In this document: positions 1 to 12,300 of the stretch, in pieces
How the letters are laid out: every line of letters begins with the position of its first letter
Numbering within the stretch: the stretch's first letter is position 1
Assembly (NCBI GenBank): GCA_003427395.1
Contig: BFEA01000015.1
Coordinates: forward strand, 1,669,800-1,733,799
DNA length: 64,000 nucleotides
Source of the DNA: Chara braunii
Taxonomy: Eukaryota; Plantae; Charophyceae
Direction of reading: 5' to 3'
The notes under the pieces: generated by a model
The model's input: only the letters and a program-made list of their open reading frames with translations
The model's database searches: none
What the model was told of the DNA's origin: nothing
Position numbers and translations under genes: made by a program

Positions 1-576
1 GAGATACTCGTCTTTACTCCTTTTTCTTTTTCACTCCTCGCCATAGCCCGCGCACTCATTTTCGGTCCTATCTCCCATTCCACTAATCTCTTGCCAGATC
101 TAGCTCCACCACTACACTCGCCCGATACCAAACCCCCAACTCCAAGTCTTCTCCTACCTAGTTCCAAGAAGGAACGGGAGAACAAGCTCTTCCTCCCCCT
201 CGCTCCTTCGTTACTCCGCCATGCCCGATTCCCTTTTCACTGCACATGTACTTGGCGCAAATTCGTGTTTAGGTCCATCCCCCCCCCTTCTTCGTCACTC
301 CTTTCGGTCGGTAATTAGGATAGCGCATCAGCCCGCGGAGCATACCTGCAAGCAAGCCAATGAAGTCGAGCAATAAAAAAAGGAAAAGAATGTCGGGGAG
401 GAATTTTTGCTCATACTCTATACGTGCCATTTTTGCGCAGGGCCGCGCCGATCCCCTCGGCATCATCCCATCCTCAACAGATGTCCCGAGGGACCCAAGC
501 CTTGGCAGCGCCGCCCCCCCCCCGACTTCTCATGATCTGTCCGACCACAGTGTAGCCTTGTCTTAGTGCACACACC

Positions 577-622
577 TGGCCTTCGTTCTGGGACTTATGG
601 GCGCCAGCCTTGCGCAGGGGCC

Positions 623-654
<32 letters not shown>

Positions 655-672
655 ACGGATGTCCCGAAGGAC
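577..672 (-). pseudogene. U6: U6 snRNA-derived retrocopy (5' 65 nt near-perfect, 3' third degenerate)
   Basis: Reverse complement reads GTCCTTCGGGACATCCGTTAAAATTGGAACGATACAGAGAAGATTAGCATGGCCCCTGCGCAAGG, which is plant U6 including the ACAGAGA box. No USE/TATA promoter upstream. A 19-nt U6 5' stub also lies at 476-494 (-). Confidence 0.9.
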
Positions 673-708
673 TTTGCACCGGCCAGCGCCCGCTCGACAG
701 CCAGCCGG

Positions 709-822
709 CCTGAGGGCCCTTCGGATGGAACCAGGTATTAGACGGTTCGATTAGTTTTTGCCCCTATAACCAAAGTCTGACGAATGATTTGCACGTCAGT
801 ATCGCTGCGAGCCTCCACCAGA
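709..822 (-). pseudogene. 25S/26S (LSU) rRNA fragment, degenerate
   Basis: Reverse complement TCTGGTGGAGGCTCGCAGCGATACTGACGTGCAAATC...TATAGGGGC...CTAATCGAACC...CTGGTTCC...CCCTCAGG matches the conserved LSU segment ending at the LR5 primer site. Confidence 0.9.
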
Positions 823-1916
823 ATGGCCCGAGGACCTAGCCGGGGCAATGCCCCGCAGCTCTCCCAACGGGTGTCACCCCTTTTTTTTATTTTTTTTTCT
901 TCGGTATCCCGTACACGTACCAGGCCCGGATTTGTACCGGATTCGCCTTGGTCTGCGCTTCAGCAGTTCAGGGGCGTACTCACTGAGCTAGGCTCTTGGG
1001 TGCCTGCTACACCCACGACACCGCGCTTTAAGTAAAACAACGTCGGGCGCGGCTCCAGCGTAGTTTCAAAACCAGTTTGCAATTGCACTTCAGGCACCCT
1101 GCAAATACAACACACTCCACGCGACCCTGCCGCCGTCTCACGTCCCCGAACGAGATGCGATAAAGAGAAACCGACAAGGGAAAAATAAGATAAAAATAAA
1201 CCTAGTATTTACCTGGGGACAGCGAGCCAAACAGAGGGGCATAGCCCTACCGGGCCCTCGACCCCTCGGCTTCCTCCGCATCACTCCGCTGCTCCCGCGC
1301 TGATGCCCGCCGGCCTCGATCCCCGTACCGTCGCAGTGTCAGTCCAATGTCGTAACCTATAGGGCTAAGCCCAAGCCTGGCACCAACAGGCACATACCTC
1401 CTAATAAAGAGGTAGTCCTTGACTCTTAGGGCCAAGGAACCGCCTTGGGCCGCTTCTCGGCCCGCGCCTGTAGGCATGGCCGCCGAAAAAAAGAAAAAGA
1501 AAAGAAAAAAAACTCGCGCCGGCCCACCGGCCGTGCCGTGGCTACCCCTATTTGGCCGTATCCATCACTGTCGATGTCGTCGCCCTCGCACACGCGCTCG
1601 TCTCGGTCAGTCATACCAATCAACAGAAAATATCTCGAAACCCTGCTTGATCAAAAATAAAAATAAATATTAATAATATTATTAACCAACGACCAATGTC
1701 CGCTGTCGGCTTTATGATAAAATAACAGAAAAGAATCACGCGCGCCTTAAACCTGCGCGCCCACGCACTCGCTATTGCGGTCAACCACCCTGTCAAAGCA
1801 ATTACTGATGCAGCCGCGCTTAGCGCGGTATACATAGACTCTAGACCAAACTATTTTCTGTCACTTGCAAAAACCAGGGAGGATACCCTTGTAAGGGTAT
1901 TCGCACCGACACCGCC

Positions 1917-2805
1917 ATTAGAATTAAAAGTTCGAAACAGAAGAAGCTCCAACCTGTAAGAAGAAGTAGGTAATAAAGGTAATGGTTCTCTTTGAGTAGT
2001 GATAACGATTGCAGTTTTGTTTTGGGTAACCGGATGATGCAGATGGATATTTCCTCATTCGAGGAAACAGAAAGAGTAATTATTGTTAAGGAGGACAAAG
2101 CGACAAACAAAATTTTTATTTGCTAGATAATATTTTTCTTCAAGCAAACTGCATATGATACAGAGGTGTGGTCGAAACGAGAGTTTCGGCCATGAACCAG
2201 ATCACTTGTTGATCTGCATGGTAGCAGTGAAATTCACTTGCAGAAGTCATTCTTGGCAGGGTTTAGTAGGTGTCGACAGATTCAACTGTAAGTCAAAGGA
2301 TAGGCTGTCCTTTCTAATCCTTCGTCAATATTGAGCCTCCGCCTCAGAACCGGCGGTATAATAGTCTTTTCAGTTGTGTACTATGTTGCACACCCGGTCA
2401 CGGCCGGGGCCGAAAACTCGGCAGCGGCCTCGACCGTCGGTCAAATCGGCCGGGTTCGGCCACGGCCGACCAACCAAGTTTGGTGCAACAATTTTTTTTT
2501 CATATTTTAGCGCACAAAAAAAAATTAAAAAAAATGGGCGTGTAGGGTTCAAAAAACCCTACACGCCCATTTTTTTTGGGGGGGGGCATTGTTGTTTTCT
2601 ATTACAGAAAAATAAATAAAAACAAAAAAAAGAAAATGAAAAAAAAAAAAAAAAACGTTTCGAAACCCCGCGCAAGTGTGTGTATGTATGTGTGTGTGTG
2701 TGTGTGATCGGGTAGGGGTGGGGGGGGGCGACCCCTCCCCCACCAATCAATCAATCAATCATTCAATAAATAAAAAAAACGAAAAAATGTGTTGTCAAAC
2801 CCCGC

Positions 2806-2837
<32 letters not shown>

Positions 2838-3956
2838 NNNNNNNNNNNNNNNNNNNNNNNNNNNNNNNNNNNNNNNNNNNNNNNNNNNNNNNNNNNNNNN
2901 NNNNNNNNNNNNNNNNNNNNNNNNNNNNNNNNNNNNNNNNNNNNNNNNNNNNNNNNNNNNNNNNNNNNNNNNNNNNNNNNNNNNNNNNNNNNNNNNNNNN
3001 NNNNNNNNNNNNNNNNNNNCCCACCAATCAATCAATCAATCAACAAAAACAAAACAGTCAATCAATGATTTTCTTTTTTATCTATTTATTTAATTTTTTT
3101 TGGTAATCATCGAATTCCGCCCCCCCCATTTTTGAAGTTTTTATGTTTTTTTTTTTGCGAGGGGGTAGAGGAGCCCCCCCCGACTCGAAACCCGCTCCCC
3201 ACTCCTAAACCCCCCTCCCCGATCGGCCACGACCGCGACCAAAAGTTCTCGGTCGGAGCGGCCACAGCCGGGGGGGACCCGGCCGCGGGCGGCGACCACG
3301 ACCACGACCGAACTCGGCCGCGGCCAGGGGGGAACACAGGTTGTGTAGGCCAGAAAGAATAACTTTGGCAGATAATCTCATCAAGTTAAAAATCCTATTT
3401 TTTGTGATTTAATAAAATGTGTATTGATTTTATTTATTTTTTTATCAGAGAGTTATAAAGGGACTAGGATTATTTTATGGGTTTCACGTTTGGTTGAGAC
3501 CATCCTAGTCGACTGGCGTTCGTTTCGTACCTAGGAGATCGGCGCCTTAAATGACGGACAACGTTCGGGTCCACTTGGTATTAACCAAGCGTACCTATAC
3601 TCCAGCGAGCGAGCAAACGCCCTCGACTGACCTACCTCTGCAATTGCATGTAAAAACTTTCGCGTGTGGGTTAGTAGCTCGGTAGGAATACGCCCCTGAG
3701 GGTGGTGACAGCCCCTTACGAAAGGCAAGATGTGCCCCGCGAAAAAAAAGAAATCCTGTAGTAGGGGACCGTGGGATGTACAACTGCCGCACCCGGCTAG
3801 AGCGGCGAAGGGATGGCACGATCACGCCCGCCTCGACGGTTCTCGAGATGTTTTGCATTGTTCCCTAAATTATCTCTTGTTTTTTTTTAATAAATATATT
3901 GTTGTGTTTTGTTCTAACTGCTGCGTGATGAAAGGCGGGAGCCGATGCGCTCGACA
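1917..3956 (+). mobile_element. Ty3/gypsy (Athila/Tat-like) LTR, copy A (about 1.1 kb plus a 959-bp hAT insertion)
   Basis: Inverted homologue of 21245-22360. Ends GATGCGCTCGACA, the terminus that precedes a PBS in the related copies. Confidence 0.75.
2381..3339. mobile_element. Non-autonomous hAT-like element (CGGCCG-rich subterminal repeats)
   Basis: 8-bp TSD GTTGTGTA (2373-2380, 3340-3347). TIR CTATGTTGC / CTGTGTTCC. Empty site in the homologous LTR at about 21880. Confidence 0.85.
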
Positions 3957-4489
3957 TCGACAAACCACACCCTACATGGGGTAAACTTCAACCACTCCCT
4001 GCGCTCATGACTTCAACCACTCCTTGCACTCATACCCCTTACCTTATCCATGCAAGCCCCAACCTTTGTCCAACCTTCCAATAACCATTTAATAAAAGTT
4101 CGGGTAAGAACTCAAAGAAAGAATTCAACTGACAGGGACTAAGACCTTAAGTTTAAACAAGAATGAGTTAAAATTGAATCTTAAATCGATATTCTATTAA
4201 AAATAAAAAAAGACGATCCTCGTAGGATCGGACAAAAACTAGCTGGATCTTGAATTGAAATGATCGAAAAAGACATGTAACACAGCACATACCAATTTTC
4301 AAAAATTAAAAATTTTAAGTGTATGGAGAGTAACCCCCCATATCACATCTCACTAGAGTTTCTCTCAAAACTAAGTTCAAATTTACCATGCTAGAGGAAA
4401 TAATGAAAAATTCAGGAGCATATGCCCCTATATAGGGCGAATTGTCAAATCTTTCCTATTAAAATACAATCTAACTCCTTAAACCTAAA

Positions 4490-5000
4490 AACATTTCGGC
4501 AAAACTTCCTCTAGAGAAAGTGTCTTTTCAAAATTTATACTCAGCTGAATATTAAATTTGAAAACGATCTTAAATTTACAGAGTCACGCTGTGTCTAACT
4601 CTCTAATTTAGTAAAAATTTGGGCAGCATCTCCTCTAGCGAAGTAGTCTTCTCATATTTATACAAAGTCATATATAAATTCAAAGACAATGTTTTAACTC
4701 TGCTAAGACAAAAATTAATTAACCCTTTAAATTCGTAAAATTTTTTGGCAACACTTCCCTTAGAAAAAATGTATTTTCAAAATTTATACAACGTAAAATA
4801 CAAATTTTTAAAACTATTTTAATTTTATGAATTTGTCTAACTTCCCGGTTTAGCAAACAATTGGGCAACATCTCACCTAAGAAAGTCGGTTTCCCATATT
4901 TTTACTAAGTCAGATATGAAACTCAAACCCCTTAGATTTACACAAATTTGGGCATCACTTCCTTTAACAAAAGTGTCTTCCCATAATTTATACAAAGCTA
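4490..5000. repeat. Degenerate tandem repeat (GGCAAxACTTCCxxTAGxGAAAGTxxxTTTxCAxAATTTATAC motif x5, spacing about 90-125 nt)
   Basis: Motif recurs near 4498, 4621, 4747, 4863 and 4950. Confidence 0.55.
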
Positions 5001-5139
5001 AGCATAAGAATATGAACTTACTCATAAAATACATAAATTGGACAAACTCTTATAGCTCCAGCATATGGCGAGCATCTAAAGAAACTACCTATTAAGGTTA
5101 AAACTTATAACAAGTAGAACCTACACTCTATCATATGCA

Positions 5140-5489
5140 AGTCCATAGTATGCTACAGCATACGAGAAATGCCCTCGGCTGGTCCACCTCTGCGATTGCA
5201 ACTGATTAGCTTTCGTATTGTGGACTAGTAGCACGACGGGGATACACCCACCGAAGGGAGGTGACAACTCCCATAAGGTGGAGGTAAGTCGTGCCTCGCG
5301 TTGGCCCTATCCTGTCGTAGGGGTACGTGAGAGGTATGGATGGCGCACTCGGCCGGAGTGGCTTGCGGAAGCTCCATGTTTATCGAGACGAGGATCATAA
5401 CAACTCCTGCGTGACGTGGCCGGGAGGGTCCCGCCCCGCCTGTGCGATGCTGGATCGATGCACTCGACAGATGACACCATTGTCGGGGA
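5140..5489 (+). mobile_element. 3' part of a gypsy LTR (copy B) plus degenerate tRNA-Asp PBS
   Basis: Homologous to 3597-3956 and 28727-29005. Ends GCACTCGACA (5469), then TGACACCATTGTCGGGGA (5472-5489), similar to the Athila-type PBS TGGCGCCGTTGCCGGGGA. Confidence 0.7.
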
Positions 5490-5727
5490 TAACGGTTGCC
5501 TGCCGTTGTCCCTGGTGGAACGACATCCGGGTATAAGAATGTGATAAATAGGTAAAAAGAGAAGTTTTCTTTGGGCTTTATGGTTTGTCGTTTGATGGTA
5601 TTAATGGAGAGCGAGTGAGAGTTGATTATCTGAGTTGGTTTTGACAGATGCAGTAAGAATGGCATGAGAGGATAAGCGATTTGACTATGTGCTTACGTAC
5701 TCTGATGAGTACAATGGTAGTTGGAGT

Positions 5728-6660
5728 CAGGGTTTGTCACGCGGGGATCCCCAGGGCCCTAGCTGGGGTAGGGGTTTCACCCCCGGACCCCCGCCGCGGG
5801 GCTACCCGNNNNNNNNNNNNNNNNNNNNNNNNNNNNNNNNNNNNNNNNNNNNNNNNNNNNNNNNNNNNNNNNNNNNNNNNNNNNNNNNNNNNNNNNNNNN
5901 NNNNNNNNNNNNNNNNNNNNNNNNNNNNNNNNNNNNNNNNNNNNNNNNNNNNNNNNNNNNNNNNNNNNNNNNNNNNNNNNNNNNNNNNNNNNNNNNNNNN
6001 NNNNNNNNNNNNNNNNNNNNNNNNNNNNNNNNNNNNNNNNNNNNNNNNNNNNNNNNNNNNNNNNNNNNNNNNNNNNNNNNNNNNNNNNNNNNNNNNNNNN
6101 NNNNNNNNNNNNNNNNNNNNNNNNNNNNNNNNNNNNNNNNNNNNNNNNNNNNNNNNNNNNNNNNNNNNNNNNNNNNNNNNNNNNNNNNNNNNNNNNNNNN
6201 NNNNNNNNNNNNNNNNNNNNNNNNNNNNNNNNNNNNNNNNNNNNNNNNNNNNNNNNNNNNNNNNNNNNNNNNNNNNNNNNNNNNNNNNNNNNNNNNNNNN
6301 NNNNNNNNNNNNNNNNNNNNNNNNNNNNNNNNNNNNNNNNNNNNNNNNNNNNNNNNNNNNNNNNNNNNNNNNNNNNNNNNNNNNNNNNNNNNNNNNNNNN
6401 NNNNNNNNNNNNNNNNNNNNNNNNNNNNNNNNNNNNNNNNNNNNNNNNNNNNNNNNNNNNNNNNNNNNNNNNNNNNCCGCCCCCGCCAACACTCAACCCC
6501 GTCCCCGCCGGTTGTTGGTTCCGCCCCCGGCCTCGCACCAGCAGCTACCTCGGTCCCAGCAGTGGTGGGTGTGGCCCCGGGGGGGGTCCGGGGTGGGGCA
6601 CAAAACCCCGTTTTTGGGGTTTAGCCCACGTGGTGCGCACTCTCGCTGCGCACCCCCCAC

Positions 6661-6694
<34 letters not shown>

Positions 6695-6782
6695 GGGGGG
6701 GAGGTCCGGAGCTGGGGTTGGGGGTGCCCACCCCCGGACCCCCAGAACCCCAGGGCCCCTGGGCCGGGGCTTGACAACCCTG
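5728..6782. mobile_element. Non-autonomous hAT-like element (partly in gap)
   Basis: 8-bp TSD GTTGGAGT (5720-5727, 6783-6790). TIR CAGGGTT(T)GTCA. Confidence 0.85.
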
Positions 6783-9700
6783 GTTGGAGTTGGAAGCCCT
6801 TCTGACCCTGATAGCTAGCGGGTTTGGATGATGCTTTACGTGTTTGATATGGCTAAGGTGAGATGAGGAGGTATCAACATGGTTAAGAATGATTATTGTG
6901 AAAGTGGGCCCTATAAGGTACCTATTATGGTCGAAGGGTTATCTGAATGGTCATGAGATCGACTTGGTATTTTTGCACTTGAATGAGGCCAAGGATGTGT
7001 AAGGGAGCCTTTTGTGTAGAGGTCGTCGAAAGACTTTGAAGAGAGTTAGGCTAAGGATGTTGAAAGTCTTTATGAACATGGAATGAGATCCTTGAGTCTG
7101 GGTTTTAAGCGATTGTTCGACTTATATAGTCATGGAAGTGTGAGGTCTGCCCCACGTGATGTGTTTGAACTCGGCATATAAGGCGGCAAATAGATGAAGG
7201 GAACACCGTGTTATGACCTCAATTGTTTGAACTACTGGATGTATTGGTATGCATTGTAGCCTCTCTGTGATGAAGATATTCGATCCTTTGGGCAGTCAGG
7301 ATAACAATGAAAGGGCTAACACTTAGACTATTTTGCTTACTTTTAATAGGGCGACGAGGTGTAGATGATGTTAGACCTTCGCTAAAACTTTTTCAGGTTT
7401 GGACCATCCACTTGAATCTATGGAGTTTGAGCTAAGGACTTGAGACTATTCTTTTCTGAGGGCATCTCTTTTGAGTTATATGTTGAACTCATCCATATAT
7501 GTCAGATCTTATATCTTAGTAAGCTTGCCAAATGTCTAAGTATGTGAGGCTATGTGCTTGATAATTACACTCTTTTAATGGTTATCCTTGCCAGAAATAT
7601 TTACATGGGTTATGTACTCGAAGTATGTATTTGAACTTATCAGTCAACAATAATTTATATGAGCGTTTGAAGTCCAATTATTAACTTATGGTTGCTTGTT
7701 AAGTTTATGTGTTTGGATTACTCTTCAAAGAGGGATAGAGGTATTCCACAGAATCCACGTCTAATGCGAATTCAGAGGTGAATGGATTGACCATTTCCTT
7801 GAGATAAGTTCTTCCCATGAAATTGTCAATATGTAAGGTCTACCCTAAGAAAGGTTGCAATCCTATGTTATTGTTCCCCTGAAAGATGGTTTTGAAGAAG
7901 TTATAATTTTATCTTATAAGTAGTAGTGAGACGCACGCTAAAACTTTGTTCCTGGTCCATAGTAGGGTGTCGTTGTTGTATCCTCTGTGATAAGATGACT
8001 ACACTACTACCGAATATGAGGAAAGTGTTTGAGTCTTGTTAGATCATGACCTATGAGGGAAACAACTACTACATGTCGCAGAAAGGTAGGCGGTGAATCC
8101 CCAACTATTTTTGTGTCAAGTGGGTTCACCAACACAGAACTGGACGACACTACCCCGAAGCGTGTATGGTGAGGTTGTTTGCTTTGTCGGCAAGGATCTG
8201 CAAGGAGTCAGTGTTGGAATCGGAGAGAGAAACAGTGAAGCTTGATCCTTGATCGGGGTTCGGGGATTTGATATGCTATCCTTTCTAAAGAGGCTTACAC
8301 TGCCCCTCGCCACAATATACTTCTGTCAAAGTTGGGGAGTAGAGCGGTATACCCTTACTGTTATTGTGTCTAAGAGTGTTTATTATGGGCAAGTTTATCT
8401 TGACTGTATCATTATGATGTATTAATATATATTTTTGACTATTTGGCTAATTTGAGTATACTGTCAATGTTTTTGATCCTGGTAAATATTATCAATGTCA
8501 GATACTGGGGTAATACATCACAGTCTATGAGTTTATTATTATGAACTTTGATACCTATGAACGTGTTATTTCTGGGATATATTACATTTTGCTATCTGTA
8601 AGTTGTGTGGTCGTAAACACTGGAAAGGATGAGTTTTAGAGAAAGATAGCGTGAGGTTAAGACTTCCAGAGTAGGGAGTATAAAAAGATGATTGTCAGCA
8701 TGGTAACGGAAGGCGTATGCTGGACATTTTCTGTAATGGGCAGAACCCAGACCAGAGCGAAGACAACTCAGGATGCTCTATGCTAGGGAAGATCCCAGTG
8801 TGACCTCGCCCTTCAGAAAGGAAGATTGGCTTGAAATTTCCTTGTCGAGGCGAGTCAAAGAGGGAGAATATATCTATTCCTGGTGGGGCATGCTGATAAA
8901 CAAGGGTATCTTCGCCTTGATTGAATCCGGATTTGATGATGATCGGGATTGCGCGATCGTAAGGGTGACCCTGTATGCATCTTTCTCATTTTTGGACATG
9001 CACGGGATTGAGTTGGCACTTGGGCATGGAAGCCTACTCGCAAGGCCTTTGAGGGTATCTGAGGGGGCTACAATAAAGTGGACGAGAGGCAGGGTCCGTG
9101 AAGGAGAGGAATAAGTGGAGACCCGTATAGAGGTTAAGTCTCCCAAAGAGTTCGCACTTCCTTCAGCATCAATACAAGTTATTTTGTCTGAGTTCTTGTT
9201 AGAAAAGTGTTTTGGAGGACTGTCGAGGATAGAGGCCGCAACAAAAGCCGTTTCGAGGGCGAGAGAGTAGGGGATTGGACGCTATACGTGTGAATTGATA
9301 TATGACATTTATCTGAACCAAAGGTTTATACCCCGTGGTCAAGGGCTCGGGAATATAGTCAATATTGTTGATGCCTATGCTGGCTCCCACGATCGAGATG
9401 AAAGGGCTATAGATTGGGACGAGATTCAAGTGGTAGCTGACCAATAGAGGGTACCCTCATACTCTGCCAAGTGCGTCTCTCACAAACTTGTGTATGACCC
9501 CCTTATTATGTAATACAAGTGCGGTGACCAATAACGGTTGTAGCCACTACTACTGTCTGTCTATAGCCGAGTTTTGAAAGTCTTACCCCCATAGAGTGTA
9601 TATTGCCCATAGTACCCTTAACGTTTAGAGCAAGGGTAGCTAAAATTTAAAGTTTTATTGTGTGAGCAAAAAGATAGTTTGTATGATCTGAGGGTTAACA

Positions 9701-9853
9701 TTGTTATTTGTCCTTATCTATCTTGAGTTTTTTTGGACTATAACTTGATGACCTATTGTTGCTTGTTATGCGTATCAGGCCAGCATCGGCATCCTGGCTG
9801 GAGAAAGTGGTTTCGCCAAGATCCTGCTTTGGAGGAGTTCATGCCTCACGAAG

Positions 9854-12300
9854 GTGTTGTTGTGCGAGTCGGGGCATGACTCGATGAGCCCAGATCTCCA
9901 AGCCCTGTTGTTTCAGAGAAAAGAAATGTCTAGCTTCCTGGGTGATTATCATAACTTCAGTCTCGCGAAGATATGGGACGAGAGAGCCATGTCGAGTATG
10001 CTGTCGTTATTCGTCTGTGAGAACCTGAGCGAGGAAGTGAACGTTTTCGTATTAAGATCACAAACATGGGGTGAACTCGAGAACTTCCTGAGAAAAAGGT
10101 TTCCAGAAGAAAACGATCTCATTCAGCATCGTGGGATCCTTCAAACTGCACTAGTTGTTGAAGGTGTGTCAATCCAAAAACGGGTAGCTGGTGAACAAAG
10201 TGAAGCAAAGATACTAGAAGAGAGAATTGCGCAATTGGAGTAGGTTAGGAGAGGTAAGCGGAAGACTCCAGGAGAGATGTTGGATGAGCCGGGAGCCGGA
10301 GGTGCGGAAGAGATAGATGGTGATAAGCAGTATCTCCTCCACTTCAAGAAGATCCCAAGAAAGTGGCTTGGTGCTCGAGGAGGAGAAAAAAAAAGGAGAG
10401 GGGCAATCAGAAGAAAGGGTGTGAGCACCCTAACCTAATCAAAGCCCAGCGGAAGGCAAGGAGTCGAGCTCAGGTGGATTCGGACGGTGGAATTGAATTT
10501 GGAGGAGGAAAAGCCGATTGGAAGAAAAACACTTGCAAGCATTGTGCTAAAGAGGGACAAATAATAAAGTTTTGTCTTGAACGAAGGGCGGATGAAGCAA
10601 GTGGCTTAATAAGGACTAATATTGAAGGGGATGTCTTTGACAGGACTGGGAAGTATATTGATCCGACCATCCCTGGCGAAACGCAGAAAGAGGTTTTGCG
10701 ACGAGACGGAGCATCTAGCGCTACCTCTTGACTGTGATTGTGGAGAGAATGAAGATGTATGAGAAAGACCTAAAGATTTGAGTAAATCACAAGCGTAAGC
10801 AAGGAACCCCAATAATGTAATTGTGTTTAATAACACAGAGGACAGAGGAAAGGGGTTTCGCAGTAACGGTCCGGTAAGATAACGCGAGTCATAGACAGGA
10901 GGTATGGGTGGTTTAGGGTGAAATCCTAACAAGATAGTTGTATATGGGGGGGTATGTTAGGACTGTATCGAGTCGCGTTATTGGAATGCCACGAGCAGGT
11001 AGATCAACGAGTGGCTTTAAGGGCATCGTTACGTAATGGAAATCTATTTCACTAATGCATTTGAGTAGATGTGGAAACCTCTCTAAGCTATAAATGTATG
11101 TATGCTTATCATTGAGAGGAGAAGAGTTGAGACTTGTTTCCCGTCTAGGGTAAGATGGTAGTACATGTATAAGAGGTGTGAGAGACTTAGGGAGTGACTT
11201 CGGTGTGTATGAAATATAAACTCTCTAACATGGAGGTATAGTATGTGAGATTTGTGTGGAACACATTAGTAACGCAGTGATTGCCTGGTGTGCTTTGTGC
11301 TACTTTTCGAATATTCGAGTACGCCTTTGGGTTTAGTTGATTCCCCTCGAGTTAGTGGGTGTGATTACATCCTGATCAAGACTGCTTCAATCTAACTCTG
11401 GTCAAGGAGGCCCCGATCTTTGTGTGATATTCTGAGTTGAGATTGTTCAACTCTAAGTGTACATATGTAATTCAAGACTATGACTGTTCGCTTTTTGAGT
11501 TAGGATATTACACCCCTGAGTATATATTGAGTTGAATTTTTTCTGAGACTATTTTTTGTATATGACGATCACAATCTTTCACATGTATGGTTTTATCTTG
11601 ATGAATGATGGTTTTGTGTGAGAGATGTATGAGAAACATCTCGTGTATTGTGTATGTTGAAAAAATGAATGGATGTGAACTGTCTACTCTTCGGTATACT
11701 CATGCGGTTTGCCCACGGGGAGATGATATGGTCGGGTATAAGGAGAGGAAGCGCAGTCTGTCTTTGTGAAGGGTGTGAAAATCATAAGAGGTTTATGAGT
11801 CCTTGAGACTCGAATGCTTTACCATGTCGAATGTTTATCGTTGAGTTGTGATGAAAATCCATAAATTGGTCTCTGAGTTTGAGTTGTTTTATGGTTGAGA
11901 CACCTTCGAGTGAGAAGGCAGTCTTTTATTTATTTGGAGACTCATCTTCAGAGAAGGAAGATGTTTTAAAGAAAGGTCGTGAGAAAGTTATCATAGAGAG
12001 AGAGGGATGATTGAGAAACCTAATGAGTGAGACCTCCTTCAGATGGAAGGTGGTTCAAAGATTTAATGGCATGGAAAGTTGAATTGAATGATAAAGTCTG
12101 ACGAGAAGGACCAAGTTTTTGTTTGGCCATTGGTGAAATTTTCAAGAGGTCGCAAAATTGGTTCATTCGAGAGATGTCATTGAAATGTGTGGCTTTCTTG
12201 CTCTGATCAAGTTGGGAGGTCACGACCTTGTGAATCTGATGATGATTCTGTTTTGTGAAAGTGAAGAGGATGTCGTGCTCTATCTGTTGTTCCACAAAAG
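9854..12300 (+). pseudogene. Decayed LTR-retrotransposon gag(-pol) remnant
   Basis: ORF 9854-10243 is gag-like (SFLGDY...TWGELENFLRKRF). ORF 10363-10731 has a degenerate zinc knuckle (CKHCAKEGQIIKFC). Weak, frameshifted RT/integrase-like pieces follow. Confidence 0.6.

Noticed and set aside
5149-5360. LTR pseudoknot as telomerase RNA, HDV-like ribozyme or TnpB/IscB omega-RNA
   Set aside because: No telomeric template, the topology lacks the HDV P3/P1.1 nesting, and no nuclease ORF is adjacent.
5700-5730. CTGATGAG as another hammerhead
   Set aside because: No stem II or GAAA follows, even after removing the adjacent hAT insertion.
5681-6805. Long ORFs spanning N-gaps or microsatellites (also 17254, 23452, 47966, 50629, 54184 and others)
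   Set aside because: Artefacts of Ns and simple repeats.
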